Source of the DNA: Deinococcales bacterium
Lineage (GTDB): Bacteria > Deinococcota > Deinococci > Deinococcales > JAAFIG01
DNA: 39,464 nt
Direction of reading: 5' to 3'
NCBI GenBank assembly: GCA_043778225.1
Contig: JAYWGM010000020.1
Location: 1 to 39,464 of the forward strand
Positions 27,196 to 37,063 of this stretch are shown one piece after another. Position 1 is the stretch's first letter, and every line of letters starts with the position of its first letter. The notes under the pieces are model-generated. The model made no database searches. It saw nothing but the letters and a program-made list of their open reading frames with translations, and was not told the origin of the DNA. The translations under genes and the position numbers were made by a program.

Positions 27196-29400
27196 ATGAG
27201 CTTACATTTTTTTGGTATTCGCCATCACGGCGCTGGTGGTGCAAGGTCGTTGTTGCGTGCTTTGCGTGTTCTCGAGCCAGATTGTGTGCTGGTCGAAGGT
27301 CCGCCCGATGCCAACGATTTACTGCCACTTTTGGCTCATACCGCCATGACCCCGCCAATTGCGCTGTTGCTGTACGCCAAAGACGACCCCTCGAGAGCCG
27401 TCTACTATCCATTTGCGGTCTTTAGTCCAGAATTCCAAGCCATACGCTATGCCCTCGAGGCACAAGTCACGGTGCGTTTTATGGATTTACCCCAAACCCA
27501 TCAATTAACCGTAGAAGCGGGCGAGGCAAGCTGTCTTGACCCTACAGTTGGTGATGATGTTGCCGCCGACCCGCTAGGTTGGTTGGCAAAAGCCGCAGGT
27601 TTTTCCGATGGCGAGCGCTACTGGGAATATCTGGTCGAACAGCGCCGCTCGGACGAAGATGTCTTTGCGGCAATTCTCGAGGCGATGACGGCACTGCGGC
27701 TCGAGTCAAAGACCCTCGAGCTACGCGAAGCCCAGCGCGAGGCGTTTATGCGCCAAAGCATTCGCAAAGCCCAAAAGGACGGTTTCAAAAAAATCGCGGT
27801 GGTCTCTGGTGCATGGCATTCGCCAGTCTTGGATAGTGACCAATTCGATGCCAAAGCCGATGCAGCCTTGCTCGAGGGTCTGCCAAAAACGGCGGTCTCG
27901 AGTACCTGGATTCCATGGACACACGGCAGACTGGCTCGCTCGAGTGGTTACGGCGCGGGCATTACCAGTCCGGGTTGGTATGCTCACCTGTGGGAACTCC
28001 AAGACTCGAGTTCGCGCAATGTGATTACCCACTGGTTGACCAAAGTGGCGCATTTGCTGCGAGCCGAGGATTTACCCGCCTCGAGTGCCAGTGTGATTGA
28101 AGCCGTGCGTTTAGCCGAAGCCTTGGCTGCCTTGCGTGGTTCGCCAATGCCGGGTTTGGAGGAATTAAACGAGGCTTCTCGAGCTTTGTTCGCGTGGGAT
28201 TCTGATTTGCCACTCCAGCTCATTGCCGAGAAACTGATTCTGGCAGAAACCCTTGGGGCTGTGCCGCCCGAAACCCCGACTGTGCCGTTGGTGCGCGACC
28301 TCGAGGCGGAACAAAAACGGTTGCGCTTTAAGCCCGATGCAGTTGCTAAAAATGTGGAATTTGATTTGCGTTCCGCCAATGATTTGGAGCGCAGTGTCTT
28401 GCTGCATCGGCTGCGCTTGTTGGGTGTGCCGTGGGGCGAGGTTATCGGCTCGAGTGGCAAAGGAACATTTAAGGAGGGCTGGCGGGTTCAGTGGCATCCC
28501 GAATTTGCGGTGCGGCTGATCGAAGCTGCCATGTTTGGTTCGAGTGTGTTGGAAGCCGCCACCCAGAGAGTCTTAGAAATCTCGAGTCTAACCAGTCATT
28601 TACCAACGCTTACAAAATTACTCGATGATATTTTGCTCTCGAACTTGCCCAATGCCGCCCAACTCGTGATGACGCGGCTCGAGGCAGCTGCCGCCCAAGA
28701 CGCGGACATTAACCACCTGATGCAGGCAATTCCGCCACTTGCAAGGGTGCAACGTTACGGCAGTGTGCGGCAACTCGATACAACCATGCTGGCTGGTGTT
28801 GTCTCTGGGCTGGTGCTGCGGGTCTGCGTTGGGCTACCGAATGCCTGTGTCAGTTTATCGGACGAGGCTGCGCTCGAGTTATTTCCGCATTTTTTCGAGT
28901 TGCACAGTGCTATTGCCACCCTCGAGCAACCCGATTTACTGACCTCGTGGCGCGAAGTGCTGGCAGTCTTAGCCGTGCAGCACAACCTGCATGGTTTAAT
29001 TGCTGGTCGAGCCTCGAGATGGCTGCTTGAAGCTGGTGTTTACAGTGCCACAACCACCGCCAATCGTTTATCGTATGTGGCTGGCGTTGCCACCGACCCA
29101 AACGAAGTGGCAGCTTGGACAGATGGTTTTCTGCGTGGTTCGGGCTTAGTCTTGGTTCACGACGATGCACTTTTTGGCGTGCTGGATTCATGGGTGCAGC
29201 ACCTCACCCCCGAGGCGTTTATTGCCATTCTGCCCCTGATGCGCCGTACCTTCTCGAGTTTTGAAGAAGCCGAAAAACGCGACATTGGTCAGAAAGTCAA
29301 AACCCCAAGGCAGCGACTCACGTCTCGAGCCGCCCAAAACCTAGATGTTTCTCGAGCCGAAAAAGTCATTCCGCTGATTGCCCAAATGCTAGGCATTTAA
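27196..29400 (+). CDS. DUF5682/YehM-like protein (putative metal-dependent hydrolase N-terminus)
   Basis: FGIRHHG, VLVEGPPD, YYPFAVFSPE, REAFM, GAWH, SGYGAG; start ATG 27196, 1 nt after the ATPase stop. Confidence 0.8.
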   Translation: MSLHFFGIRHHGAGGARSLLRALRVLEPDCVLVEGPPDANDLLPLLAHTAMTPPIALLLYAKDDPSRAVYYPFAVFSPEFQAIRYALEAQVTVRFMDLPQTHQLTVEAGEASCLDPTVGDDVAADPLGWLAKAAGFSDGERYWEYLVEQRRSDEDVFAAILEAMTALRLESKTLELREAQREAFMRQSIRKAQKDGFKKIAVVSGAWHSPVLDSDQFDAKADAALLEGLPKTAVSSTWIPWTHGRLARSSGYGAGITSPGWYAHLWELQDSSSRNVITHWLTKVAHLLRAEDLPASSASVIEAVRLAEALAALRGSPMPGLEELNEASRALFAWDSDLPLQLIAEKLILAETLGAVPPETPTVPLVRDLEAEQKRLRFKPDAVAKNVEFDLRSANDLERSVLLHRLRLLGVPWGEVIGSSGKGTFKEGWRVQWHPEFAVRLIEAAMFGSSVLEAATQRVLEISSLTSHLPTLTKLLDDILLSNLPNAAQLVMTRLEAAAAQDADINHLMQAIPPLARVQRYGSVRQLDTTMLAGVVSGLVLRVCVGLPNACVSLSDEAALELFPHFFELHSAIATLEQPDLLTSWREVLAVLAVQHNLHGLIAGRASRWLLEAGVYSATTTANRLSYVAGVATDPNEVAAWTDGFLRGSGLVLVHDDALFGVLDSWVQHLTPEAFIAILPLMRRTFSSFEEAEKRDIGQKVKTPRQRLTSRAAQNLDVSRAEKVIPLIAQMLGI

Positions 29401-29426
29401 CCGTAGGGTTTGCCATGGCAAACCCT
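29401..29426 (+). repeat. GTAG-type REP-like palindrome
   Basis: CCGTAG GGTTTGCC-AT-GGCAAACC CT immediately after the stop codon; same CCGTAGGG head as the element at 19757. Confidence 0.55.
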
Positions 29427-29464
29427 GTGACCTGCAAATCCCATCACCAAAAGGAGTCTAAATC

Positions 29465-30130
29465 ATGTCCCTGAAATCCCAAATCCCAGCATCGTGGCAA
29501 GCCGCTCTCGAGCCAGAATTCTCTAAGCCGTACATCGCAAAACTCGAGGCATTTCTCGAGACTGAACGAGCTGCACATCAAGTCTTCCCGCCACAATCAG
29601 AAGTTTTTTCGGCGCTCGAGTTTACGCCATTTGAGGCGGTGCGGGTGCTGGTGGTCGGTCAAGACCCGTATCACGATGCTGGTCAGGCGCATGGCTTGGC
29701 GTTTTCGGTGCAGCGTGGAACAAAAATCCCGCCAAGTCTGGTCAATATGTACAAGGAACTCGAGTCGGATTTGGCTGTGCCAAGGGCTAAGCATGGTTTT
29801 CTCGAGTCGTGGGCGCGGCAGGGTGTTTTGATGCTCAATACAGTTTTGACAGTTCGGGCGCACGAGCCAGCTTCGCATAAAGGCAAAGGTTGGGAAAACC
29901 TGACCGATGCGATAATTAAAGCGGTCAGTGCTAAGCCCGAACCTGTTGTTTTTGTTTTGTGGGGCGCTCATGCTCAGAAGAAACTCGAGTTAATTGATCT
30001 TAAAAAGCACACGGTTTTGCAGAGCGCTCATCCTTCGCCGTTATCGGCTCGGAATGGATTTTTTGGTTCTAAGCCATTCTCAAGCATTAACGCGGTTTTG
30101 GAAAGCCCAATTGACTGGAGTCTCGAGTGA
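29465..30130 (+). CDS. ung: Uracil-DNA glycosylase, family 1
   Basis: GQDPYH, QAHGLAFSV, PPSLVN, QGVLMLNTVLTV, LWG, HPSPLS; AAGGAG RBS. Confidence 0.97.
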   Translation: MSLKSQIPASWQAALEPEFSKPYIAKLEAFLETERAAHQVFPPQSEVFSALEFTPFEAVRVLVVGQDPYHDAGQAHGLAFSVQRGTKIPPSLVNMYKELESDLAVPRAKHGFLESWARQGVLMLNTVLTVRAHEPASHKGKGWENLTDAIIKAVSAKPEPVVFVLWGAHAQKKLELIDLKKHTVLQSAHPSPLSARNGFFGSKPFSSINAVLESPIDWSLE

Positions 30131-31308
30131 CCCTCGAGTCTGAGCGTTTGCGCCGTTGGCGGTTGCTGTTGGGTAGTGCTGCCGATGAGTCTTGTGGTGC
30201 GTGCAGTGCCTCGGATGCTCGGATTGACCTTGCGCTCGAGTCTTTGTATGGCGATGGTGACTCAAATATGTCGCCCGAAGACAAAGCCAAAAACCGCAAC
30301 AATGTTGGCAAGGGTAAATCCCAACCTAAAGTCGCTCGTTGGCTTGGCGACATCCGCGAATTTTTCCCCAGCAGTGTGGTGCGGGTGATGCAGCGTGATG
30401 CCTTTGAGCGCCTTGGCTTAAAAAGAATGCTGCTCGAGCCAGAGATGATGGAAGCTGTTACTCCAGATGTGCATATGGTCAGCACACTCTTGGCGCTAAA
30501 AAACATCATGCCGCAAAAAGCCAAAGAAACCGCACGGCTGATTGTGCGAAAAGTGGTCGAAGACCTCGAGAAAAAACTTGCCGAAAAAACCCGTCAGGCA
30601 ATTACAGGCAGCCTAAACCGTGCGATTCGTAACCGTCGCCCAAAGCACACCGAAATGGATTGGAACAGAACCATTCGGGCAAACCTCAAGCATTACCAAC
30701 CCGATTATCAGAGCATTGTGCCAGAAATCAAAATTGGTTTTGGGCGTAAACGCTCGAGCCTGCGCGACATTATTTTGTGCCTTGACCAGAGCGGTTCAAT
30801 GGGTTCGAGTGTGGTCTATGCTGGTGTTTTTGGGGCAGTCTTGGCAAGCCTCCCTGCGGTGCGAACTCGAGTCGTGGTGTACGACACGGCAGTCGTGGAT
30901 TTAACGGCAGAACTTCAAGACCCTGTGGATGTGTTGTTTGGCACACAACTTGGTGGCGGCAACGACACCCCTCGGGCTTTGGATTACTGCGCGGGCTTAC
31001 TCGAGAAACCCGAGGACACGATTTTTATTCTGATTTCGGATTTGTACGAAGGTGGCGGCAGTGCCGCAATGCTCGCTAAACTCGAGGCGTTTGTGGCGGC
31101 TGGCGTGACGGTTATTTCGTTGCTGGCGCTGTCCGACGACGGCAGACCGAGTTACGATGTCCAAAATGGTGCGGCGCTGGCAAAGATGGGCGTACCTGTG
31201 TTTGCTTGTACCCCAGACCTTTTCCCCGAGATGATGGCGGCAGCGATTTCGCGGCGCGATATTTCACAGTGGGCTGCCAGCGTTGATATTGTCACGACTC
31301 GAGCCTAA
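30127..31308 (+). CDS. VWA domain protein (CoxE/YehP-like)
   Basis: RRWRLLLG, RWLGDIREFFP, MIDAS DQSGSM, QLGGGND, LISDLYEGG; GTGA overlap with ung. Confidence 0.9.
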   Translation: MTLESERLRRWRLLLGSAADESCGACSASDARIDLALESLYGDGDSNMSPEDKAKNRNNVGKGKSQPKVARWLGDIREFFPSSVVRVMQRDAFERLGLKRMLLEPEMMEAVTPDVHMVSTLLALKNIMPQKAKETARLIVRKVVEDLEKKLAEKTRQAITGSLNRAIRNRRPKHTEMDWNRTIRANLKHYQPDYQSIVPEIKIGFGRKRSSLRDIILCLDQSGSMGSSVVYAGVFGAVLASLPAVRTRVVVYDTAVVDLTAELQDPVDVLFGTQLGGGNDTPRALDYCAGLLEKPEDTIFILISDLYEGGGSAAMLAKLEAFVAAGVTVISLLALSDDGRPSYDVQNGAALAKMGVPVFACTPDLFPEMMAAAISRRDISQWAASVDIVTTRA

Positions 31309-31928
31309 AAACAGGCGCGACCAACTCGCAACACGGTTGCGCCTTGGGCAATCGCCAGTTCTAAATCGTCCGACATTCCCATGCTCAGATGCTCGAGTCC
31401 AAGCTGGTCGCGGAGTTTTCGCAGCCCGCTAAAAGCCAATTGGGCTAATTCTAAGTTTTGCGGCGCAACCGTCATCAAGCCACGCACATTCAAACCCAAG
31501 TCTCGAGCAATTGCCAATAGTTCGGCAGCTTGGTCTGGCGCAACGCCGTGTTTTTGGGCTTCAAAACCCATGTTAATTTCTAAAAGTAAATCTGGAATGC
31601 GCTCCCAAGTCTGGCTGCGCTTGGCAATTTCCTCGAGTAAGCGTGGGCTATCGATGCTGTGAATCATACTAAAGCCAGCGCAGAACTTGACTTTATTGGT
31701 TTGCAGATGCCCAATTAAATGCCACTCGAGATTTGGTTCTGCCTCGAGTTTGGGTAGGGCTTCCTGAATGCGGTTTTCGCCAAGGATGCCATGACCATGG
31801 GCTAAAACAGCCGTCTGGATTTCTGATAAAGAATGCCCTTTGGTGACAGCAATCAGTTTGACCTCTTTGGGGTCGCGGTTGGCGGCTTGGCAGGCGGTTT
31901 TGATGCGGGTGAGTACGTCTTGAAGCAT
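31305..31928 (-). CDS. yggS: YggS-family PLP homeostasis protein
   Basis: LIAVTK, GENRIQE, WHLIGHLQTNK, GLMT, LSMGMSDD, VRVG-like end. Confidence 0.93.
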   Translation of the reverse strand: MLQDVLTRIKTACQAANRDPKEVKLIAVTKGHSLSEIQTAVLAHGHGILGENRIQEALPKLEAEPNLEWHLIGHLQTNKVKFCAGFSMIHSIDSPRLLEEIAKRSQTWERIPDLLLEINMGFEAQKHGVAPDQAAELLAIARDLGLNVRGLMTVAPQNLELAQLAFSGLRKLRDQLGLEHLSMGMSDDLELAIAQGATVLRVGRACF

Positions 31929-32764
31929 TATATCCTTTGTAAAATCGCCCGCAGCAACTTCTGGAAACGTGGCGCAGTGGCTTTGGCAGTTTCAATCACC
32001 TTGGCTTCGGTTGTGCCAGAGTGGTCGCCTTGGTCAGCTACTGCCATATCGGTCACGCTGCTCAGACCTAATACCCGCATTTTTAAGTAGTGCGCCACAA
32101 TCAATTCTTGCACGGTACTCATGCCAATTGCGTCCGCACCCCACATCCGAAACATTCGCAACTCGGCTTTTGGGGCATACATTGGTCCAGAAACCGCTAA
32201 ATACGTGCCTTCGCGCAATTCTAAATCTGTGGCTCGAGCAGCTGCTTTGGCAATTTGGCGGTACTCGAGGTCGTAAGCATCCATCATTGGCAAAAAGCGC
32301 TCGCCAAGGCTCGAGTCGTTTGCGCCAAGCAATGGATTTGTCCCCGTAAAATTGATGTAATCGGTTTGCAACATAATATCGCCAGCATTCCAAGCTGGAT
32401 TTAAGCCGCCGCAAGCGTTGGTCAGGATAATTTTTTTTGCTCCAAGCGCATGGGCAAAACGCACTGGAATTCCAGCTTCATGGGCGCTGTAACCTTCGTA
32501 CAGATGAACCCGCCCTTGGAATGCCAAAATCCGCTTTCCCTCGAGCATCCCCAGTACAGCCTTGCCAGCGTGTCCGGGCGCAGTCGAGACAGGAAAACCC
32601 GGCAGGTCTTGATACGGCACAACCACCGCATCCTCGAGATGGTCGGCAAGCGGTCCTAAGCCACTGCCAAGAATAATCGCAAGCTCTGGGGTGTGGCTCG
32701 AGTGCTGCCGCCAAGCACTCACAATACTTTGAATTCTTTCATTTATCGCAAAAGTCTGACTCAT
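31928..32764 (-). CDS. Purine nucleoside phosphorylase (trimeric PunA/XapA type)
   Basis: ILGSGLG, STAPGHAG, QGRVHLYEG, TNACGG, GADAIGMSTV; ATG 32764 has TAAGAT 7 nt upstream. Confidence 0.92.
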   Translation of the reverse strand: MSQTFAINERIQSIVSAWRQHSSHTPELAIILGSGLGPLADHLEDAVVVPYQDLPGFPVSTAPGHAGKAVLGMLEGKRILAFQGRVHLYEGYSAHEAGIPVRFAHALGAKKIILTNACGGLNPAWNAGDIMLQTDYINFTGTNPLLGANDSSLGERFLPMMDAYDLEYRQIAKAAARATDLELREGTYLAVSGPMYAPKAELRMFRMWGADAIGMSTVQELIVAHYLKMRVLGLSSVTDMAVADQGDHSGTTEAKVIETAKATAPRFQKLLRAILQRI

Positions 32765-32952
32765 GGTCTTCATCTTACGATGTTTGTCTGAGACTTCGCT
32801 CACCTTAAAGGACTTTGACTCGGGTAAACTTGCACGCTCTTGGCTTGTGACCAACGCTTAAAATACTTTATTAGCGCTTCTCACCCATGCTTCACGCACG
32901 CTGGTCAAAAAACCGCGAGACTCGAGCGCGTCAACAGATATATGGAGGTTTC

Positions 32953-35652
32953 ATGCGATTGCTAACTGGGTTTATTTTTTCGTGCTTATTTTTTCTCTCG
33001 GGGGTCACAGCCCAAACAGCGACTGGTCAAATAGATGAAATCGTTGTGGTCAGCACCATTGGTACACTCGACGAGGCACTGATTGGTTTGGTCAAAGTCA
33101 CCATTAGCGCTACGGTCGGCGACCCGACCGAAGGACTGAATCTAACTGGGATTGTCGGACAGGTTGAGGGCATTGGATTCTTTCAAGCCAATACCACCAA
33201 AGCTGTGCTGCTGGTCGAAAATGGGCGCAACATTTTAAGAATTACGGTTACGCCAAATCCAAGCATCGAAAAAGTCGAGGTTAAGGGACTGAGTGTGGTC
33301 ACATCAGAAGAAATCCTGCGTTTTCTCGAGCAGCGTTATAACGTCGCGGTTGGGGTAATGGTCAGCAACCTGAGGCTCGAGGAAGCACGAATTGGTCTAG
33401 GAACGGTTTACCGCCAGAGCGTTGGTTTTCCATTTACCCCGGAAGTCAAGCTCGAGGTTTCCAAACCCAAAGACAATAAAGTCACCATCACTTATACCGT
33501 CAACGAAAGCGCTACGGTGCGTGAGGTCAAAGTGCTTGGTGCAACGCTTGTACCGACCCTAGAAGTTGCCGCCCAGTTTCAAGACTTGGCTCGTTCTGGT
33601 AAATTCGAGATTCGCACCTACTTTCAGGGTTTACGTGGGGTGCGCGACTTGTATAGCAAAAAAGGTTATGGCGCAACCACCAAAGATGGTTACATCGGTT
33701 CGGGTCCAAATGTCGAACTTTCAAACCTCGAGAATGGAGTCTTGACGATCCAAATCAGCGAGGTCAAAATTGCTGCCATAGATGCCACTGCGCTTGGGAT
33801 TGACCCGAGTACCTTGTCGCAAAAACCAGGCGATTTCTTTAATTACCAAACGCTGATTCGTGAAACCCGTACTTTGGCTCGAGGACGTGATAAACAAGTT
33901 GGTATTCAACTTGAGCCAAGCGGCGACGGCTCGGTCATCGTCACTTTTATCATCGAAGATGCGGTTGCAGGACCGATTCAAACGATTCGGATTCTGGGCA
34001 ATACCGTTATTCCAACTGCCAGATTACAGCGTTTGGTAACGCAAAAATTAGGCGACACTTACAACGCCCAGATTGCTCGAGAAATTGATTTTACCGCCAT
34101 CTCCCAAGCCTACACCGAGGCTGGCTTTACTTTGGTCGGCACGCCAGATGTTGGCTACTTGGATGGTGTCTATACCATTCGGGTTCTCGAGGTTCGGCTA
34201 GTCGGCTACGAACTCAAGTGGCGCAATCCGCACCGCAGCCAAGACCGTATCATTTTGCGCGAATTGCCAAAAGCAGGCGGCTTACTCGATTTTAATAAAA
34301 TCAGAAATTCGTTTCGCAATATCCAAGCCCTAGGGGTTCTTAAAGACATTCGCCCAGATATTAAACCAGCCCCATCTGGCAAACCCGAAGAAGTGATTTT
34401 GGTTTTGGAACTCGAGGAAGGCAGCACTGGTGAGGTTTTACCGGGCTTGACGTTTTCGACTTTAGATGGTTTTGCTGGCAATTTAACCTACAGTGAACGC
34501 AATGCTTGGGGGGTAGCCCACCGCATGAACGTTACTTTTCAAGCCCAACCTAACGATGCTGGTCAAGCCGTTTCTGGTGGTTTTTCCTATTCAATTCCAT
34601 GGCTTGATTTTAACTTCTTAGATTTTGCAACCAACCGCACCGAGTTCTCGATTTACTTTAACTCGAATGTCGCAGGTAAAAGGGTGGTCGAGTTCAGTCG
34701 TGCTTTTGTTGATTTAAGCACCACCGCCAACGTCAACGAAGGTCCGCGTTATTTTAGCACCCGCAATACCGGGGCTGGAATCAGCTTGGGGCGGCAACTT
34801 TTTGCTAATTTTACAATTCGCATTGCTTTTGACTTTCAGTACGAACAAAATTTTCTCGAGACTCCGGGCAATGTCGCAACCGTACCTTTTAACAACACCA
34901 ACAACGATACCGCCGTAAACAACGCCAATAACTTGAGTAACGGCACGGGTGTACCGCAAAATAATTTAACCGCCTATGTCAGTTTGTCGGGCGAATTTAC
35001 CACCAAAAACCGCGAGGATTTTCCAACCACAGGTTGGTTGGTTCAAGGCAGCCTTGGTTATGGTTTTGGTACAGACCGCATAGACTCTACTATCGTTGGT
35101 GCGCCGCCACGTCCGCTTTCTTGGACACAAGGCACACTCGGTTTTCGCACCTATCTGGGTTTAGGCTGGGATACCCAAGGTAAATTTGGGGTCGGTGGCG
35201 AAGACCGCAATTTTGCACTGGCTTTTCGTTTTAACGCTGGTTCGCTGTTTGGCTCTGCGCCAAGCAGCCGTATTTTTAGTATTGGTGGCGCGACGGCTTC
35301 CGAAGCCATCAACTTGCGTGGTTTTGATTACGGCGATTTACGCGGCGATGTTTACTACACCGGTTCACTCGAGTTGCGCTTTGATTTTGGTTTACAGACC
35401 GCTTTCACGTATGGCTTACTCGGTATGGTTTGGATTGACTTTGGCAATGCTTGGGGCGGCGACAGCCAATTTCGGGCAAGCCGTGCCGATGGCACAAGAA
35501 TTCCCTTTGGTTTACAATTCGGCTATGGTTTGGGTTTACAGGTCAACCTTGGCTTTGGAGGCATTCAGCTGCCAGCTATCCGCTTAGATTACGGCTGGAG
35601 CGCTTGGAATCCGGGCGGTAAATTTTATTTTAGGCTTGGTTTCCCGTTCTAA
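32953..35652 (+). CDS. Omp85/BamA-family outer-membrane protein (POTRA domains + beta-barrel)
   Basis: Signal peptide, POTRA-like repeats, LRGFD loop, ELRF, IRLDYG, C-terminal Phe; ATG 32953 after GGAGG. Confidence 0.88.
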   Translation: MRLLTGFIFSCLFFLSGVTAQTATGQIDEIVVVSTIGTLDEALIGLVKVTISATVGDPTEGLNLTGIVGQVEGIGFFQANTTKAVLLVENGRNILRITVTPNPSIEKVEVKGLSVVTSEEILRFLEQRYNVAVGVMVSNLRLEEARIGLGTVYRQSVGFPFTPEVKLEVSKPKDNKVTITYTVNESATVREVKVLGATLVPTLEVAAQFQDLARSGKFEIRTYFQGLRGVRDLYSKKGYGATTKDGYIGSGPNVELSNLENGVLTIQISEVKIAAIDATALGIDPSTLSQKPGDFFNYQTLIRETRTLARGRDKQVGIQLEPSGDGSVIVTFIIEDAVAGPIQTIRILGNTVIPTARLQRLVTQKLGDTYNAQIAREIDFTAISQAYTEAGFTLVGTPDVGYLDGVYTIRVLEVRLVGYELKWRNPHRSQDRIILRELPKAGGLLDFNKIRNSFRNIQALGVLKDIRPDIKPAPSGKPEEVILVLELEEGSTGEVLPGLTFSTLDGFAGNLTYSERNAWGVAHRMNVTFQAQPNDAGQAVSGGFSYSIPWLDFNFLDFATNRTEFSIYFNSNVAGKRVVEFSRAFVDLSTTANVNEGPRYFSTRNTGAGISLGRQLFANFTIRIAFDFQYEQNFLETPGNVATVPFNNTNNDTAVNNANNLSNGTGVPQNNLTAYVSLSGEFTTKNREDFPTTGWLVQGSLGYGFGTDRIDSTIVGAPPRPLSWTQGTLGFRTYLGLGWDTQGKFGVGGEDRNFALAFRFNAGSLFGSAPSSRIFSIGGATASEAINLRGFDYGDLRGDVYYTGSLELRFDFGLQTAFTYGLLGMVWIDFGNAWGGDSQFRASRADGTRIPFGLQFGYGLGLQVNLGFGGIQLPAIRLDYGWSAWNPGGKFYFRLGFPF

Positions 35653-35690
35653 ATTAAAAGAGGCGAAAATCATTTTCGCCTCTTTTAATT
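35652..35690. terminator. Bidirectional terminator
   Basis: Perfect 19-bp inverted repeat AATTAAAAGAGGCGAAAAT-c-ATTTTCGCCTCTTTTAATT between convergent genes. Confidence 0.85.
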
Positions 35691-36932
35691 TTCTGGCAAG
35701 ACTGGACTCTCGAGTAAATTGGCTGGGGCATTGACTGGGGCGCTTAAAGTTTCTAAAAACGCCACCAACTGCTGCTGCTCGAGTTGGCTGAGTTTGAGGG
35801 ATTTAAGTTGGCTTGTACCGACCACCGCTTTGGGGGCATTGTTATAATGGCTAACGACATCGGCAAGGGTATAAAACTGCCCCGCGTGCATATACGGATA
35901 ATGATTCGCCACATTGCGAAGGCTTGGGGTCTTAAACGCACCGGCTGGGGCTTGAGCGGCGTTGGTGTTGCCACTGATGAGCCCACAATTGCTGCTCGAG
36001 TCTGAGTATGGCGACCAACAGCCAAATTCGCTTTGAATCAGCGCCCGCACTGCCCGTTGTCTGCCTTCGTCGGCTTGAAGTTTTTGTGGCGTTGGCACAC
36101 CAGTATTGTGAAATTTATCGTCGGTAAACCTTGTCCCTGAATGACAAGCAATACAGTTGGCTTTGCCGATAAAGAGCTTTAAGCCAGCCACTTCTTGACC
36201 CGTTAAACTCGAGACCGCCGCAGGTTTTTTAAGTTGGTCAGCATATTGGTCAAAACGGGTTGTACCGGGTTTAAGTTTGGTTTCAAAAGCCGCAATGGCT
36301 TTACCGATGTTCACAAAAACACGGTTAATCAGGTCGCGTTCGCCATAACTGAGTTTTTCCCAGGCTTGGCGCTCGATACTTGTGCCAGTTGGACCAGCTT
36401 TTTTTGGCAATTTTGCCCAGATACTATCGCTTGGCATCAAACCAAAAACAGCTTCGTATTCTTGTCGGTACAAACGCCGCACAACATTGGCATATTGGGT
36501 TCTTGTGCCAGCGTGTTCGAGTGGGTTCTCGAGCGGACCTAGCGCCTGCGCCCACAAGGAATCGGCTCGACCATCCCAGAACAACCATTGGCTGTAGGCT
36601 GCACCAACCACCGATAAGGCTTTGCGTGTGCCAATTCCGCGCCCTTCGGACAAGGCTAGGTTATCCACATAGTTGCTGCTTGGCATATGGCAAGTGGCAC
36701 AAGAAACACCATCATCGCCCGAGAAACGTGGGTCATAAAAAAACTGTTGCCCAAGTAGAATGGCTTTGGGGTTTTGCTGATAACGATTGCTTGGGTCGCT
36801 TGGTATCTCGGGCAGACGCGCCAAAGAAAGGGTCTCGAGAACCATAATTTCCGAGCGCTGCCAAACACTTTGCAAAGCAAAAGCCACGCCAGACAAAAAA
36901 ACCATCAAGGTAAAAGTTTGCTTAAATGACAT
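35685..36932 (-). CDS. Diheme cytochrome c peroxidase (bCcP/MauG superfamily)
   Basis: Two CxxCH motifs (CATCH, CIACH), FWDGRADSL, FHNTG, FKTPSLRNV, PYMHAG; signal peptide. Confidence 0.9.
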   Translation of the reverse strand: MSFKQTFTLMVFLSGVAFALQSVWQRSEIMVLETLSLARLPEIPSDPSNRYQQNPKAILLGQQFFYDPRFSGDDGVSCATCHMPSSNYVDNLALSEGRGIGTRKALSVVGAAYSQWLFWDGRADSLWAQALGPLENPLEHAGTRTQYANVVRRLYRQEYEAVFGLMPSDSIWAKLPKKAGPTGTSIERQAWEKLSYGERDLINRVFVNIGKAIAAFETKLKPGTTRFDQYADQLKKPAAVSSLTGQEVAGLKLFIGKANCIACHSGTRFTDDKFHNTGVPTPQKLQADEGRQRAVRALIQSEFGCWSPYSDSSSNCGLISGNTNAAQAPAGAFKTPSLRNVANHYPYMHAGQFYTLADVVSHYNNAPKAVVGTSQLKSLKLSQLEQQQLVAFLETLSAPVNAPANLLESPVLPEN

Positions 36933-37063
36933 GGCGCTACTCTACTCGAGTTGACTGCATAAAAAGCCATACCTAGAGTGAGGATGGGCTTCTTGATAAA
37001 CAATTGATAAACCATTCCAAAGTTGGGTGTGTCTTGAATGGCTAACTTCTAAAATACAAAACG

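Noticed and set aside
22122..30130. EVE or UNG as the machinery behind the CTCGAG enrichment
   Set aside because: Attractive because EVE can read modified bases and UNG repairs deaminated C, but both are widespread and sequence-nonspecific, and no methyltransferase is in the window; nothing here links them.
23270..31308. SWIM-VWA operon as a recently acquired defence island
   Set aside because: No integrase, transposase or att repeats; it carries host-level or higher CTCGAG density and a host-type operator.
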